In this document: piece after piece, positions 52,201 to 63,800 of the stretch | How positions within the stretch are numbered: position 1 is the stretch's first letter | Layout: each line of letters begins with the position of its first letter | Origin: Planctomycetota bacterium | GTDB lineage: Bacteria > Planctomycetota > UBA8108 > SXIK01 | NCBI GenBank assembly: GCA_965223265.1 | Contig: OZ244999.1 | Coordinates: 4,576,001 to 4,640,000, forward strand | Reading direction: 5' to 3' | DNA length: 64,000 nt | Program-made: the position numbers and the translations under genes | Notes under the pieces: generated by a model | Told to the model about the DNA's origin: nothing | The model's database searches: none | What the model saw: only the letters and a program-made list of their open reading frames with translations

Positions 52201-54756
52201 GCGCGTCGGAAACTGATCCGGAAACGCTCCAGCCAGAAAATCCTCGTGAAGGCTGAAACGACGAACGTTCTGAAACACCGCTGGGATCAAGCTCCCGTCG
52301 TCACCACGCGCCGGCACCACGTACTTCGTGAAGCGACCAAGGCTCGACGGAACCGAAATGCTGAAAAAGTCCCCTTCCGTGCAGACTCGCGCCAGGAAAT
52401 CATCGCCGCTAAGAGGTGTTTGATTGAAGAGAACAGTAAAGTTAACGGAGCCGTGGTTGGCACTGATGATATCGACGTCCCCATCGCGATCGACGTCCCC
52501 AGTCAGCGAGAAACGTGGTTCCGCTCCAACGGCGAACGTGACGGTCGCGTCGAACGATCGACCGACGTCAAAAAACACGACCGTGACGTTGTTGTTACCC
52601 GGATTCGAAGTGACCACTTCGGCACGGCCGTCGCCGTCGGTATCGCCGGTGACGAGCGAGTGCGGTGCGCCATCAAGCGAGAGATCAGACGGAGAGCCGA
52701 AAAGAGTGTCTGTCTGGCGGCTGCCACTATTCCATAGGATCGAGATACTCTGCGCCGATTCGTTCGCGGTCACCAAATCGATGTGGCCATCACGGTCGAG
52801 ATCATTCGCGGCGATCCAGAGCGGTGAACCGATCAACGGGAACACTCCGCGCTGCGGGAATCCTCCCGCAGCATCATTCATCAAAACGATGACCTCCGCG
52901 GAACCGGTGTTCGCCACTGCGATGTCGAGATCTCCATCTGAGTCGTAATCTGCTATCGCTGATGAATGCGGCCCACTGCCGACGGTGATCTCGTCCTGCG
53001 AGTCAAACACTCCTGCGCCGGAGTTTTTCAAAATCGTCACCGTGTTGGCGGCCCGGTTCGAGCTCACAATCTCGACGGCGCCATCTCCGTCGAGATCACC
53101 TGTGGCAAGCTGAAAGGACCCCCCGCGGACAAATGCCGTCGTGCCGCGTTCGAAAAGACCACTGCCGTTATTGATCTGAATCTCAACGCCACTCTGCGCA
53201 CTAGCGGTCGATCCGCTCTCGTCGAGCGCCGCCAGGTCAATGTCACCGTCACCGTCGAGGTCAGCTGCGGCAACGGCGAACGGTCTCACTTCCGTCGGAT
53301 AGATCACTGGAGGATCAAACGATCCATTGCCACGATTCATTAAGATCGAAAGACCATTCGCCCGGCGGTTGTTCCCGCTGATGAGATCGAGATCGCCATC
53401 GCCGTCGAGGTCAGCGATCGCAGTGGTGTGCGGTTCACCTCCGGCTGGATACTCTTCGGCGATCACAGTGAGACTGCGAGCCGGTGTCTCGACGTTCCAG
53501 ACGACCACGACACTGTTCGACACCAGCAGAGCGACGTCGCCATCGCCGTCACCGTCGAAGTCGTCGACGACGGAACCTGAAGAACTTGGGATACTGCCCT
53601 GGCTTTCTACGGAGGCACGGTAGGATCCGTCCGCGCTCTGCCCACGAATGACGGTCAGCTGTCCTTCGCGCGCGAATCCAAGCGCCAGATCGATGATGCC
53701 GTCACTGTCGACGTCCTCCGCCGAAAGGGAGCTCGCCGTGCCGACGAAGCCGAAAAAGATCGCAGGTGCGAAGCTGCCGTCCCCCTCGCCGCGGAAGACC
53801 GCGACCCGTGACGCGCTGCCGACCGCAAGGTCAAGCGTACCGTCGGCATCGAAATCTTCCGCCAGCAGCGCGAACGGACGTGTGAATTCCGAGGCCGCAA
53901 CATCCGCAGCGGCACCGAACGTGCCGCCCCCCTGATTGAGAAGCACCGCGACCGTGCCCGCGTTGCGGCTCAGCGCGGCAACGTCGACGAGTCCGTCGCC
54001 GTTGAAATCCCTCGCCACTACGCTGTTGGGATGATCTCCAACGTCGTAGAGCTGGGGTACGCCGAAGCTACCCGCCTCCCGAAGCGTCACGGAGATTTGG
54101 TCGCTCTCAGAGTGGGCGACGACGAGATCGAGCTGGCGATCGTCGTTCGCGTCGGCCAAAGCGACGGCGCTCGCCGCCACCGGGACGTCAACTCTTGTGG
54201 GAGCCGCCAACACACCGGCGCCGTTGTTCGCGAGTATCCAGATCGCCTCCGTACCACCGACGGCCACGTCGAGATCACCATCGCTGTCGACGTCGCCAAG
54301 AGCCGCACCGCCAAGCCCGCCACCACTGGCGTACGTCTCCACAGTTGAAAACGTCTGCTCCCCTTGGTTGATCAGCACCGAGACGCTCGATGTGGAGTCA
54401 ACATTGAGGTGCGCAGTGACAAGATCGACACGATCGTCGCCGTCGAGGTCGCCGCTCAGGACGATGCGCGGAAACCTGGCGACGCCGAAAGGGGTCTCAC
54501 CGATGCTGAGAGTCAGAGGACTCACCTCGCACTCATCGGGAATGCCGTTTTGATTGCAGTCGAGGCTAAAACTGCTTGCAACGTCTTCAGAGTCTTCGCG
54601 GTCGTTGCCGTTGCAATCGATCGCGAACACTGAATCTGGCCAGTTCAGGAAGACACCGACCGCGAGTGTCACGAGCGCGAGAGACTTCATACCGCGGACC
54701 GAAGCCGTCATGGCCAAATCTCCGAAAAGACGGAATGTCCGAACAATCAATCGCAT
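49264..54756 (-). CDS. Secreted FG-GAP / phospho-His / PPDK-type ATP-binding / dockerin-like protein, copy 2
   Basis: Same architecture as copy 1; C-terminal ~1,030 aa nearly identical; start possibly ATG 54711. Confidence 0.85.
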   Translation of the reverse strand: MRLIVRTFRLFGDLAMTASVRGMKSLALVTLAVGVFLNWPDSVFAIDCNGNDREDSEDVASSFSLDCNQNGIPDECEVSPLTLSIGETPFGVARFPRIVLSGDLDGDDRVDLVTAHLNVDSTSSVSVLINQGEQTFSTVETYASGGGLGGAALGDVDSDGDLDVAVGGTEAIWILANNGAGVLAAPTRVDVPVAASAVALADANDDRQLDLVVAHSESDQISVTLREAGSFGVPQLYDVGDHPNSVVARDFNGDGLVDVAALSRNAGTVAVLLNQGGGTFGAAADVAASEFTRPFALLAEDFDADGTLDLAVGSASRVAVFRGEGDGSFAPAIFFGFVGTASSLSAEDVDSDGIIDLALGFAREGQLTVIRGQSADGSYRASVESQGSIPSSSGSVVDDFDGDGDGDVALLVSNSVVVVWNVETPARSLTVIAEEYPAGGEPHTTAIADLDGDGDLDLISGNNRRANGLSILMNRGNGSFDPPVIYPTEVRPFAVAAADLDGDGDIDLAALDESGSTASAQSGVEIQINNGSGLFERGTTAFVRGGSFQLATGDLDGDGAVEIVSSNRAANTVTILKNSGAGVFDSQDEITVGSGPHSSAIADYDSDGDLDIAVANTGSAEVIVLMNDAAGGFPQRGVFPLIGSPLWIAANDLDRDGHIDLVTANESAQSISILWNSGSRQTDTLFGSPSDLSLDGAPHSLVTGDTDGDGRAEVVTSNPGNNNVTVVFFDVGRSFDATVTFAVGAEPRFSLTGDVDRDGDVDIISANHGSVNFTVLFNQTPLSGDDFLARVCTEGDFFSISVPSSLGRFTKYVVPARGDDGSLIPAVFQNVRRFSLHEDFLAGAFPDQFPTRPQGEEYDQLVGRRATRDYYVGSIARRRGSGGIEYAFTVFADTGSDASEVLSESEVESVYLELKGAFDLDLLGYEPDTQLAKEAASSWSDPAFPILTEPTPELEYEAYTLGVGYGRVRVFTLEEFESANSQGLFTFQDIVVVETAPQDVEGVIGGFVTGSIQGPLSHVAVRTARRGTPNAFVLGAVEEFSRFEGELVRLEVGEVTYLVEPASVSEAEEFWRENQPSLPRLAGTDREYGGFDHLLDMDLEGVVNPVSRFGGKATNLARLQRVLTGEYAEFQEAGFGIPMRYYVEFMESNRVEIEGRDLSYQEYLTELLSSEEFKSDSSVRFRVLDEFRDFVRDRGEVSPALVASLVARIEEVFGSRELMVRFRSSSNVEDALEFNGAGLYESTSACAADTVDPASPDSSHCDATRDNERTIERALKKVWSSLWTFRAHEERTFFQIPPEAATMGLLVNRAFLDEAANGVAFTGNPQNVRDRRYMITAQVGEESVVSPAAGVSVERNFLEVVEGEVVRIVRDRSSSLVGAGEVVLTEEQLGDLGSLMWHVDTNFPLDLEGYPREQVLLDFEFKVEPDGSLAVKQVRPFLIPETVVPSPAFELLVPEGTVLCGVFSADRTGRDPQVEYELKSEVRLRAGVHELVTSSESFSGELIESVRFGPEQEEAQAVAAGLYRVARVAEGGGVTLYRFSYEQEFTLLGGESYVVQLLGVELRGAGSRALEERFLVDEEFLRFSLVSTGSLAGEPLVSYSSCSDGLLPRWELSLETSSGARIDLVERFLPSENRQSTGPASLQRASVVFGGGESVVVSDYWQLVYSAGRHNVDVRYWVVLDPEISVAGLDRAVRVVEVEAPDPVLPGEAPEVAQVRYLDGSYALIAEEAATFYEKGERSESLFQRGDVEADGTLALGDALTLLNYLFRRGAAPSCARAADVDDDGRVTVSDAVKLLLHLFVGGAAPEPPQSCGVDSSADALSCQYYEVCE

Positions 54757-57700
54757 CCTGAGTAAAACTGGCAGGAGAGTGCATCAGGCGTCGGGTCAGT
54801 GCCGCACGAGAGAGGTGCCACCGGCGCCGCCCCGCCAGCAAAGAGGTGGAGGAGAATCTTCACTCCGTCGCTGACCGTCACGCGACCGTCGTCGTCGACA
54901 TCGGCAGTCTTGACGCACTCGGGTGCGGCACCGCGGCGAAAGAGGTAGCCGAGAAGCGACAGAGCGTCGCCCAGCTGCAGCATCCCGTTCACCTCCACGT
55001 CGCCACGTACGAAAAACGCCTCAGCTGTACGCACCTTGTTGAACGCGGTGGGCATCACCGTTGTCATCACGACGAAGTTGTCGTCCAGATATCGCACGAC
55101 TGCGGTTTCCGGTGGTTCGCCGGGAAGCACCGGATCCGGTGCCTCGACCTCGACGACCTTGACGGGTCGCTCCACGCCAGTAACGTTGATAGGCGTCTCC
55201 AAAACGACCCAGTAGCGCACGTCCACATTGTGGCGTCGCGCCGAGTAAACGAGACGCCAGTAGTCCGTCACCACGATGCTGTGGCCATCGAGCTCGATTT
55301 CCGCACGGCGCAGACTTGCCGGCCCTGACGACAAGTTGACCTCTGACGGTAAAAACCGCTCGACGAGCGAGATGCGCGAACCGCCGCCAAGATCAACGTC
55401 GATCTCCCACCGCGGCAAGAGCGAATGAGTGCACGACGAGTAACCAGTCACAGGTTGCCCCGCGAGCACCCCCCGCGCCGAGAGCTGAGAGGTCATGAAG
55501 TCTTCGTCGAAGCTGAGCGTTTTTTCCACCGGCGTCGACCCACGCCCTCTCAAGTCGAAGCCCGAGAGTCGAACTTCGAAGGCATCGCCACTGGGCAGTT
55601 GAAACCCTTGCGTGTACGAAAAACTGTAAACTGTCTCGCCATTCGTCCCCGCGGCGGCTTCGACTTGGAAGAGCCCAGTCTCCACCGCCGTAGCCACAAG
55701 CTGCTCGGGACCAAAGACGACCTCTTCGATGAGATCAGCCGAAAACGAGGACGATCCAGTTGGCAGCGGATGGACACCCGATCTCAGCGTCACCCGACTC
55801 TTCGTCTCGTACTCCGTGCGCGGTTCGCGACCGTCAAGATCCTCTGTGAAGACGCCGCAAAGAGCGGTCCCCGCAGGCACCTCGAGCTCAAAGTCCGGCG
55901 AAGGAGGTACGGTGTCCGGGATGAGAAACGGCCGGACTTGCTTCACGGCGAGCGAACCGTCCGGTTCGATCTTGAACTCGAAATCGAGAAGCACCTGCTC
56001 GCGAGCATGGCCCTCCAAGTCGAGAGGAAAGTTCTGATCGATGTGCCACATGAGCCGGCCGAGAGTACTCAGGTCGTCGTCCGACATCACAACCTCGCCA
56101 GGTTCGACCAGCGACGAACGCCGATCGCGGACGATCCGCACAACGTCTCCGTCGGACACCTCCAGAAATGTACGCTCGACGCTGATCCCTGCGGCTGGGC
56201 TGACAACGCTTTCTTCACCGAGCTGCGCCGTGATCATGTAGCGCCGGTCCCGTACGTTCTGTGGATTGCCGGTGAACGCGACGCCGTTCGCTGCCTCGTC
56301 AAGAAAAGCTCGATTGACGAGCAGCCCCATCGTCGCGGCCTCCGGAGGAATCTGAAAGAACGTGCGCTCCTCATGAGCGCGAAACGTCCACAGGCTCGAC
56401 CAGACTTTCTTGAGCGCGCGTTCAATCGTTCGCTCGCTATTGCGCGTCGGGTCGCAGTGTGATCCGTCAGGAGTCGCCGGATCAACGGTGTCCGCAGCAC
56501 AGACCGACGTCGACTCGTAGAGGCCGGCGCCGTTGAACTCGAGAGCATCTTCGACGTTCGACGACGAGCGAAAACGTACCATCACCTGGCGCGAGCCGAA
56601 CACTTCTTCGATGCGCGCCACGAGCGCAGCGACGAGTGCCGGATCGACGACGCCTTCGCCGCGAACCAGCTCTCGGAACTCCTCTAACCTTTGGAAGCGA
56701 GTCGCTGAATCGCTCTTGAAGGTCTCGTCTGCAAGCATTTCAGCGAGAAACTCTGCGTAGCTCAGGTCACGACCGCCGACATCGACGCGATTCGTGGCCA
56801 TAAACTCAACGTAGTAGCGCATGGGAATCGCAAAGCCCTGCTCCTGGAACTCCGCTAGCTCGCCGGTCAAGACGCGCTGCAAGCGTGCGAGATTCGTGGC
56901 CTTGCCGCCGAAACGTGACACCGGGTTAACAGCTCCTTCAAGCTCCATATCGAAGAGATGATCAAAGCTTCCGTGCGTCGCATCGATGCCAGCGAGTCGC
57001 GGCAACGACGGTCGATTCGTGGCCCAAAAGTCTTCGGCCTCCTGAGGATCCGCCTCATCGACGAAAAACGTCACCGGACCGACTTCCAGTCGGACGAGCC
57101 GATTCTCGAAGCGGGCAAACTCCTCGAGTGCGTCGGCAACAAAGGCGTTCGGCGTACCCCGTCTTGCCGTCCGCACCGACACGTGACTCAGCGGCCCCTG
57201 GATGGCTCCGGTGATGAACCCTCCGACAACTCCTTCGACGTCTCGAGGCGCCTCGTCAACGACGATGATGTCCTGAAACGTGAAGAGCCCGCTCGAGTTC
57301 GCCGCCTCAAACTCTTCGAGAGTGAAAATACGCACGCGTCCAAATCCGATGCCCAGCGTGTACGCTTCGTAGTCGATCTGTGGAGCCGACTCCGAAACGA
57401 TCGGAAACGGCGGATTCTGCCACGTCGCCGCCTGATCCTTCGCCAGTTGGGTGTCTGGTTCGTACGCCAAAAGCTCCAGGTCGAAAGCCGTCAGCAGCTG
57501 CTGATAGACATGCTCAACCTCCGACTCTTGAAGCACTTCGGCGGGATCGAAGCCGGTGTCGGCGGCAACCGTAAACGCGTAGACGATTCCCTCTGCGGTG
57601 CGGCGCCGCGCCAAAGCGCCGACGTAGTAGTCACGGGTGGCGCGACGACCGACCAATTCGTCGTACTCGTCGCCCTGCGGCCGAGTTGGAAATCGATCGG

Positions 57701-60365
57701 GAAAAGCACCGGCAAGGAAATCTTCGTGCAAGCTGAAACGTCGCACGTTCTGAAACACCGGTGGGATCAAACTCGGATCGTCCTTCGCCGGCACGACGAA
57801 CTTGACGAAGCGTCCAAGGCTCGACGGCACCGAAATGCTGACGAAATCACCCTCGGTGCAGATGCGCTCAAGGAAGTCAGCGTCGACGACTGGTGTCTGA
57901 TTTGACAGCACCGTGATATCGACTGAACCCCAGTTTGCGGTCACGAGGTCAAGATCGCCGTCGAGATCAACATCGCCCGTGAAGATATGGCGCGGATTGT
58001 TACCGACCGCGAACGTCAGCGAACGTTCGAGCGCCTGGCCGGCGCCGACGAACAGCACAGACGCGCTATTATCCCCGACGTTAGCGGTCGCCATCTCGGC
58101 GCGACCGTCGCGATCCATGTCGCCGACAGCGATCGACGCCGGAGCGAAGTCGACGCTGGCGCTTACTGCGGGTGCGAACAACTCGTCACCGCCCGTCTGA
58201 CCAAGATTCCGCAGCATCGACACACTCCCCGCACCGCGGTTCGCAGTCGCCAAGTCGATGTATCCATCACCATCGAGGTCGCCAGCCGCGATCCCCGACG
58301 GAGAGCCGGCGACTGGATAACGCCGCGGCGGGTCGAACGTTCCGTCGCCTCGATTGATCAGCAGCTCGACTCCACCTCCCGCCGAAATCGCGACGTCGAG
58401 GTCGCCGTCGCGATCGACATCCGCGGTCATGCTGAACGACTGAGAACTACCAACGTCGATCGAGGTGCCCTCAAAGGTTCCGTCCTGAAGGTTTCTGAAA
58501 ACACTGAACGAGCTGACGAAGCTGTGGGATACGAAGAATTCCGGAAAGCCGTCGCCCGTGGTATCGCCTGTTGAGACGTGGATCGGCTTGTCTGACACCG
58601 TGTAGCCACCGGCGTGGGCGTAGCGGTTCTCTCCGTCGTTGGTCATGATCTCGACGCGGGTCGTCACGGCTGTGCCGCCGCCACCGAGCGCGGCGATATC
58701 GAGGTCGCCATCGCTTTCAACGTCGAAAAGCGCGAGAGAAATCGTGCTGCCCTCCGTGGTGTAACCGACGCGGTCGGGGTAGGTTCCATCGCCGCGATTG
58801 ACATAGACCGTGATACCGTTGACGCGCGTGTTGTTGCCCGTGATGGCATCGATATCACCGTCGCCATCGATGTCGCCAATGGCGCCAGTGTGCGGCTTCG
58901 CCGTCGACTGGTAAGCACTGGAGGCGAAGGACACTGATCGGGTCGACTCGCCGTCGTTGCGGGCGAGCTCCACCGAGTTGTTCGTGATGACCACCGCGTC
59001 GCAATCACCGTCTCCGTCGATGTCGCCGGCGGCGACGGCGCGTGAGCGGAGCAGGTTCCCTTGAGTCTCCACCAAGCCACGAAATTCTGCGGCAGGTTCG
59101 CCGGCAGATACAGTGACGTTGCGAACGAGCATCAATTGATCCGACCGCAGAAAGCTGACAACGATGTCGGGATCAATGTCCCCGTCGACATCGCCGACGG
59201 CAATTGCAGAAGCTGTGCCAGAGTAATTGACGATGCTCGGCGCACCGAAGCTGCCGTCCCCCGCGTTCGTCAAAACGGCCACGGCCGATCCACTGCCCAA
59301 AGCGAGGTCGATCGAACCGTCACCATCGAAATCACTCGCGACGATGCCAAACGGCCGCACGACCCCGGCCGGGTAGTCCACCGAGCTGGCCAAGTTTCCG
59401 TCGCCTTGACTGAGCAGCACAGACACGGTCGCACTGTTGCGGTTGCCAACTGCCAAGTCGACATCACCGTCGCCGTTGAGGTCAGCTGCAAGAACGGAGC
59501 TGGGAAACTCGCCAACCGCGTGCGGTTGTGGCGCGAGGAAACTACCACTGCCTTGGTTTTCAAGCACTGAAACCGAGCCGGCCGCCGAGTGTGTCACGAT
59601 CAAATCGGGCAAACCGTCGCCGCTTAAGTCTCCAGCGACAATCGCTGCCGCTGTCTCGCCGACGATCACCGCCACGCCATCGGCGAACGTTCCCGTACCG
59701 TCGTTCTCGAAAAGGAGCAACTGCGTTTCGTTGACGCTGACGACATCGGCAGCTCCGTCATCCGTCAGATCTGCCACCGCGAGCGCCGAAAGCTTCGTCC
59801 CGGCGTCGTACTCGACGGCAGAGCTGAACACGGCGTCGACCGGGTCGCGCAGCAACACTGACAAAATCGACGTCCCGTCAGTCGCTTGACTGCCAACGAC
59901 GATGTCGAGCTCACCGTCACGATTGAAATCCGCTGTCGCCACGGCGAGGGGGAAACGCGGTACAGCGAGAGGACTTCCCTCGAGCTCGAACGTCAGCGGA
60001 TTGACATCGCACTCGTCCGGAATGGCATCGCCATTGCAATCGTCACTGAAGGAACTGGCGATGTCATCGAGGTCGTCGATGTCGTTGCCGTTGCAATCGG
60101 CTGCGTTCGACTGCGGCAGGGACAGAAGGAGCGCAGTCGACACCAAAGCCAGCAAAGTCGAGATGCGCCCGGAACCCCCGAGGAGGCGGTAAGGGACGGC
60201 CAAGACGCTCAAGGGAGTTGAGAACATCGGACGTCGAATGCGACCGGCGTGACACATTCCGAACGCATGCCTCTCTGGTGGCAAGCGCATACTGGATTCC
60301 CCCGAAAGATGGCGTTGGTCGGGCCGACGCGCTCCACACAGCAGTGCGCTAGCCCACGAAGTCAC
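54747..60365 (-). CDS. Secreted FG-GAP / phospho-His / PPDK-type ATP-binding / dockerin-like protein, copy 3 (divergent)
   Basis: Same architecture; LSHVSVR motif; C-terminal module clearly diverged; true start probably downstream of 60365. Confidence 0.85.
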   Translation of the reverse strand: MTSWASALLCGARRPDQRHLSGESSMRLPPERHAFGMCHAGRIRRPMFSTPLSVLAVPYRLLGGSGRISTLLALVSTALLLSLPQSNAADCNGNDIDDLDDIASSFSDDCNGDAIPDECDVNPLTFELEGSPLAVPRFPLAVATADFNRDGELDIVVGSQATDGTSILSVLLRDPVDAVFSSAVEYDAGTKLSALAVADLTDDGAADVVSVNETQLLLFENDGTGTFADGVAVIVGETAAAIVAGDLSGDGLPDLIVTHSAAGSVSVLENQGSGSFLAPQPHAVGEFPSSVLAADLNGDGDVDLAVGNRNSATVSVLLSQGDGNLASSVDYPAGVVRPFGIVASDFDGDGSIDLALGSGSAVAVLTNAGDGSFGAPSIVNYSGTASAIAVGDVDGDIDPDIVVSFLRSDQLMLVRNVTVSAGEPAAEFRGLVETQGNLLRSRAVAAGDIDGDGDCDAVVITNNSVELARNDGESTRSVSFASSAYQSTAKPHTGAIGDIDGDGDIDAITGNNTRVNGITVYVNRGDGTYPDRVGYTTEGSTISLALFDVESDGDLDIAALGGGGTAVTTRVEIMTNDGENRYAHAGGYTVSDKPIHVSTGDTTGDGFPEFFVSHSFVSSFSVFRNLQDGTFEGTSIDVGSSQSFSMTADVDRDGDLDVAISAGGGVELLINRGDGTFDPPRRYPVAGSPSGIAAGDLDGDGYIDLATANRGAGSVSMLRNLGQTGGDELFAPAVSASVDFAPASIAVGDMDRDGRAEMATANVGDNSASVLFVGAGQALERSLTFAVGNNPRHIFTGDVDLDGDLDLVTANWGSVDITVLSNQTPVVDADFLERICTEGDFVSISVPSSLGRFVKFVVPAKDDPSLIPPVFQNVRRFSLHEDFLAGAFPDRFPTRPQGDEYDELVGRRATRDYYVGALARRRTAEGIVYAFTVAADTGFDPAEVLQESEVEHVYQQLLTAFDLELLAYEPDTQLAKDQAATWQNPPFPIVSESAPQIDYEAYTLGIGFGRVRIFTLEEFEAANSSGLFTFQDIIVVDEAPRDVEGVVGGFITGAIQGPLSHVSVRTARRGTPNAFVADALEEFARFENRLVRLEVGPVTFFVDEADPQEAEDFWATNRPSLPRLAGIDATHGSFDHLFDMELEGAVNPVSRFGGKATNLARLQRVLTGELAEFQEQGFAIPMRYYVEFMATNRVDVGGRDLSYAEFLAEMLADETFKSDSATRFQRLEEFRELVRGEGVVDPALVAALVARIEEVFGSRQVMVRFRSSSNVEDALEFNGAGLYESTSVCAADTVDPATPDGSHCDPTRNSERTIERALKKVWSSLWTFRAHEERTFFQIPPEAATMGLLVNRAFLDEAANGVAFTGNPQNVRDRRYMITAQLGEESVVSPAAGISVERTFLEVSDGDVVRIVRDRRSSLVEPGEVVMSDDDLSTLGRLMWHIDQNFPLDLEGHAREQVLLDFEFKIEPDGSLAVKQVRPFLIPDTVPPSPDFELEVPAGTALCGVFTEDLDGREPRTEYETKSRVTLRSGVHPLPTGSSSFSADLIEEVVFGPEQLVATAVETGLFQVEAAAGTNGETVYSFSYTQGFQLPSGDAFEVRLSGFDLRGRGSTPVEKTLSFDEDFMTSQLSARGVLAGQPVTGYSSCTHSLLPRWEIDVDLGGGSRISLVERFLPSEVNLSSGPASLRRAEIELDGHSIVVTDYWRLVYSARRHNVDVRYWVVLETPINVTGVERPVKVVEVEAPDPVLPGEPPETAVVRYLDDNFVVMTTVMPTAFNKVRTAEAFFVRGDVEVNGMLQLGDALSLLGYLFRRGAAPECVKTADVDDDGRVTVSDGVKILLHLFAGGAAPVAPLSCGTDPTPDALSCQFYSGCD

Positions 60366-60852
60366 CGTTTCTCCAGCGTGTGTGGTGGTCTACAACCCGA
60401 ACCACGAAGTCGCGAGGTCCGATCTTCTCACCACTTGGCGACTGCTTGAGAAGCTGGCAGCGCCGCGGTGAGAACAACCGTTCGCCTGCTGACACCCTCC
60501 TCGATCTCAGCTGATCGAATTCACCCAACGGAAGAGGCCACTCCTTCCGAAACTGGCCGCCATCGTGCCTGGCACGCGAGGCGTGGTCAACGATTGATTG
60601 AGGCACGCACCTGGACAAGTCCGCTCATTCGGTTGAACGAGGTCGCAGGTGAGATCGTTCCGGCAACCTCGAAAACCGTGTGCCTTTCCGGTCTCCGTAG
60701 CCGTCTGAGTTCGAGAGCGTGGACCGCGCGACGAACTCAAAACGAAGAGTCCCGCGCGTCAACGAATCGTGCTCGGCCCTGGATCGCAGGATCCACGCTA
60801 CTGGCGTACGCGTACCGTCGTTCGAATCAACGACGGCCTGCGGGCGACGGGC

Positions 60853-63800
60853 TCACTCGCACACCTCATAGTACTGACACGAGAGCGCATCAGCGCTCGA
60901 GTCGACGCCGCAGTTCTGCGGCGGCTCGGGCGCCGCGCCGCCCGCGAAAAGGTGCAGGAGCAGCTTCACCGCGTCGCTCACCGTCACGCGTCCGTCGTCG
61001 TCGACGTCCGCCGTCTTGACGCAGCTCGGTGCCGCGCCGCGGCGAAACAGGTAATTCAACAGCGTCAGCGCATCGCCAAGCGCCAGAGTGCCGTCGGCCT
61101 CCACGTCGCCGCGCTGAAACAGCGACTCCGAGCGCTCTCCCTTCTCGTAGAACGTCGCCGCTTCCTCGGCGATCAGCGCGTAGCTCCCATCGAGGTAGCG
61201 CACCTGCGCCACCTCCGGAGCTTCTCCGGGAAGCACCGGATCGGGAGCCTCCACCTCCACCACTCGCACAGCGCGATCAAGACCCGCTACTGAGATCTCT
61301 GGATCCAAAACCACCCAGTAGCGAACGTCTACGTTGTGACGGCGCGCCGAGTAGACCAGCTGCCAGTAGTCGCTCACCACAACCGATTCGCCACCGCCGA
61401 ACACCACTGACGCGCGCTGGAGACTCGCCGGACCTGTCAGCAAGCGCCCTTCTGGTGGCAAAAATCGCTCCACTAAATCGATCCGTGCACCGCTCGCCGT
61501 CTCCAACGAAAGCTCCCAGCGCGGCAAGAGCCCATCGCTACACGACGAGTAACTCACCAGAGGCTCACCCGCCAAGCTCCCCGTCGACACCAGCGAAAAC
61601 CTCAAAAACTCCTCGTCCACCAAAAACCGCTCCTCCAGCGCACGCGAGCCCGCACCGCGAAGCTCCACTCCCAAAAGCTGCACCACGTAGCTCTCGCCAC
61701 CCATCAGCGTGAACTCCTGCTCGTAGCTGAAGCGATACAGCGTCACTCCACCCCCCTCCGCTACCCGCGCCACGCGGTAAAGACCCGCCGCCACAGCCTG
61801 AGCCTCCTCCTGCTCAGGGCCAAAGCGAACACTCTCGATCAGCTCACCTGAAAAACTCTCCGAGCTCGTCACAAGTTCGTGCACTCCGGCGCGCAGACGC
61901 ACTTCGCTCTTCAGCTCGTACTCCACCTGGGGATCGCGGCCAGTGCGGTCCGCCGAAAACACCCCGCACAAAACCGTCCCCTCGGGAACCAAAAGCTCAA
62001 AAGCCGGTGACGGCACAACCGTCTCCGGAATCAAAAACGGACGCACCTGCTTCACCGCCAGCGAGCCGTCCGGCTCCACCTTGAACTCAAAGTCCAAAAG
62101 CACCTGCTCGCGAGGATAACCTTCAAGATCCAAAGGAAAGTTCGTATCCACATGCCACATCAGAGAACCCAGATCTCCCAGCTGCTCCTCCGTCAGAACC
62201 ACCTCCCCCGCACCAACCAAAGATGAGCTCCGGTCGCGAACGATCCGCACCACCTCGCCTTCAACCACCTCCAAAAAATTCCGCTCCACGCTCACACCCG
62301 CCGCTGGACTCACTACGCTCTCCTCGCCAACCTGAGCGGTGATCATGTAGCGCCGATCTCGAACGTTCTGAGGGTTACCGGTGAACGCAACTCCGTTCGC
62401 TGCCTCATCGAGGAAGGCCCGGTTCACCAGCAAACCCATCGTCGCTGCCTCTGGAGGAATCTGGAAAAACGTCCGCTCCTCATGCGCTCGGAACGTCCAA
62501 AGGCTCGACCACACCTTCTTCAGCGCACGCTCAATCGTCCGCTCGTTGTCGCGCGTCGCGTCGCAGTGTGAGCTGTCAGGGCTCGCAGGGTCCAGCGTGT
62601 CCGCGGCGCACGCAGACGTCGACTCGTAAAGGCCCGCACCGTTGAACTCCAGCGCGTCCTCGACATTCGACGACGAGCGAAAGCGAACCATCAGAGCGCG
62701 AGAGCCGAAAACCTCTTCGATCCGCCCTACAAGCCCCGCCACCAGCGCTGGCGACACCTCGCCACGATCTCGCACAAAGTCGCGAAATTCATCCAGCACC
62801 CTGAAGCGCACAGATGAATCGCTCTTGAACTCCTCACTCGATAGCAGCTCCGTCAGATACTCCTGGTAGCTCAGGTCGCGTCCCTCGATCGCGACGCGGT
62901 TCGACTCCATGAACTCCACGTAGTAGCGCATCGGGATGCCAAAACCAGCCTCTTGAAACTCAGCGTACTCCCCAGTCAAAACTCGCTGCAGCCGCGCAAG
63001 GTTCGTCGCCTTGCCGCCGAAGCGAGACACCGGGTTCACAACTCCCTCCAGATCCATATCCAACAGGTGATCAAAGCCGCCGTACTCCCGATCGGTCCCA
63101 GCAAGGCGCGGCAGCGAAGGCTGGTTCTCCCGCCAAAACTCCTCAGCCTCAGACACACTCGCTGGCTCCACCAAGTACGTCACCTCACCCACCTCAAGGC
63201 GCACCAGCTCGCCCGCAAAGCGGGAAAACTCCTCCACTGCTCCCAATACAAACGCGTTCGGGGTCCCGCGCCGTGCCGTCCGCACCGCCACGTGACTCAG
63301 TGGCCCTTGAATGCTTCCCGTCACGAAACCACCGATCACACCCTCTACGTCCTGCGGCGCCGTCTCCACAACCACTATGTCTTGAAACGTGAACAGACCC
63401 TGAGAGTTCGCGCTCTCGAACTCCTCCAGCGTGAACACGCGCACCCGCCCGTAACCCACTCCAAGCGTGTAAGCCTCGTACTCCAGCTCCGGGGTAGGCT
63501 CCGTCAAAATCGGAAATGCAGGATCACTCCAGCTCGAAGCAGCCTCCTTCGCAAGCTGCGTGTCCGGCTCGTAGCCTAAAAGCTCTAAATCAAACGCCCC
63601 CTTCAGCTCCAGGTACACGCTCTCAACCTCAGACTCGCTCAAAACCTCAGAGGCGTCAGAGCCTGTGTCCGCAAACACCGTGAAAGCGTACTCGATTCCA
63701 CCCGAGCCTCGCCGCCGAGCGATCGAGCCCACGTAGTAGTCGCGCGTTGCGCGGCGCCCTACCAGCTGGTCGTACTCCTCCCCTTGAGGGCGCGTCGGAA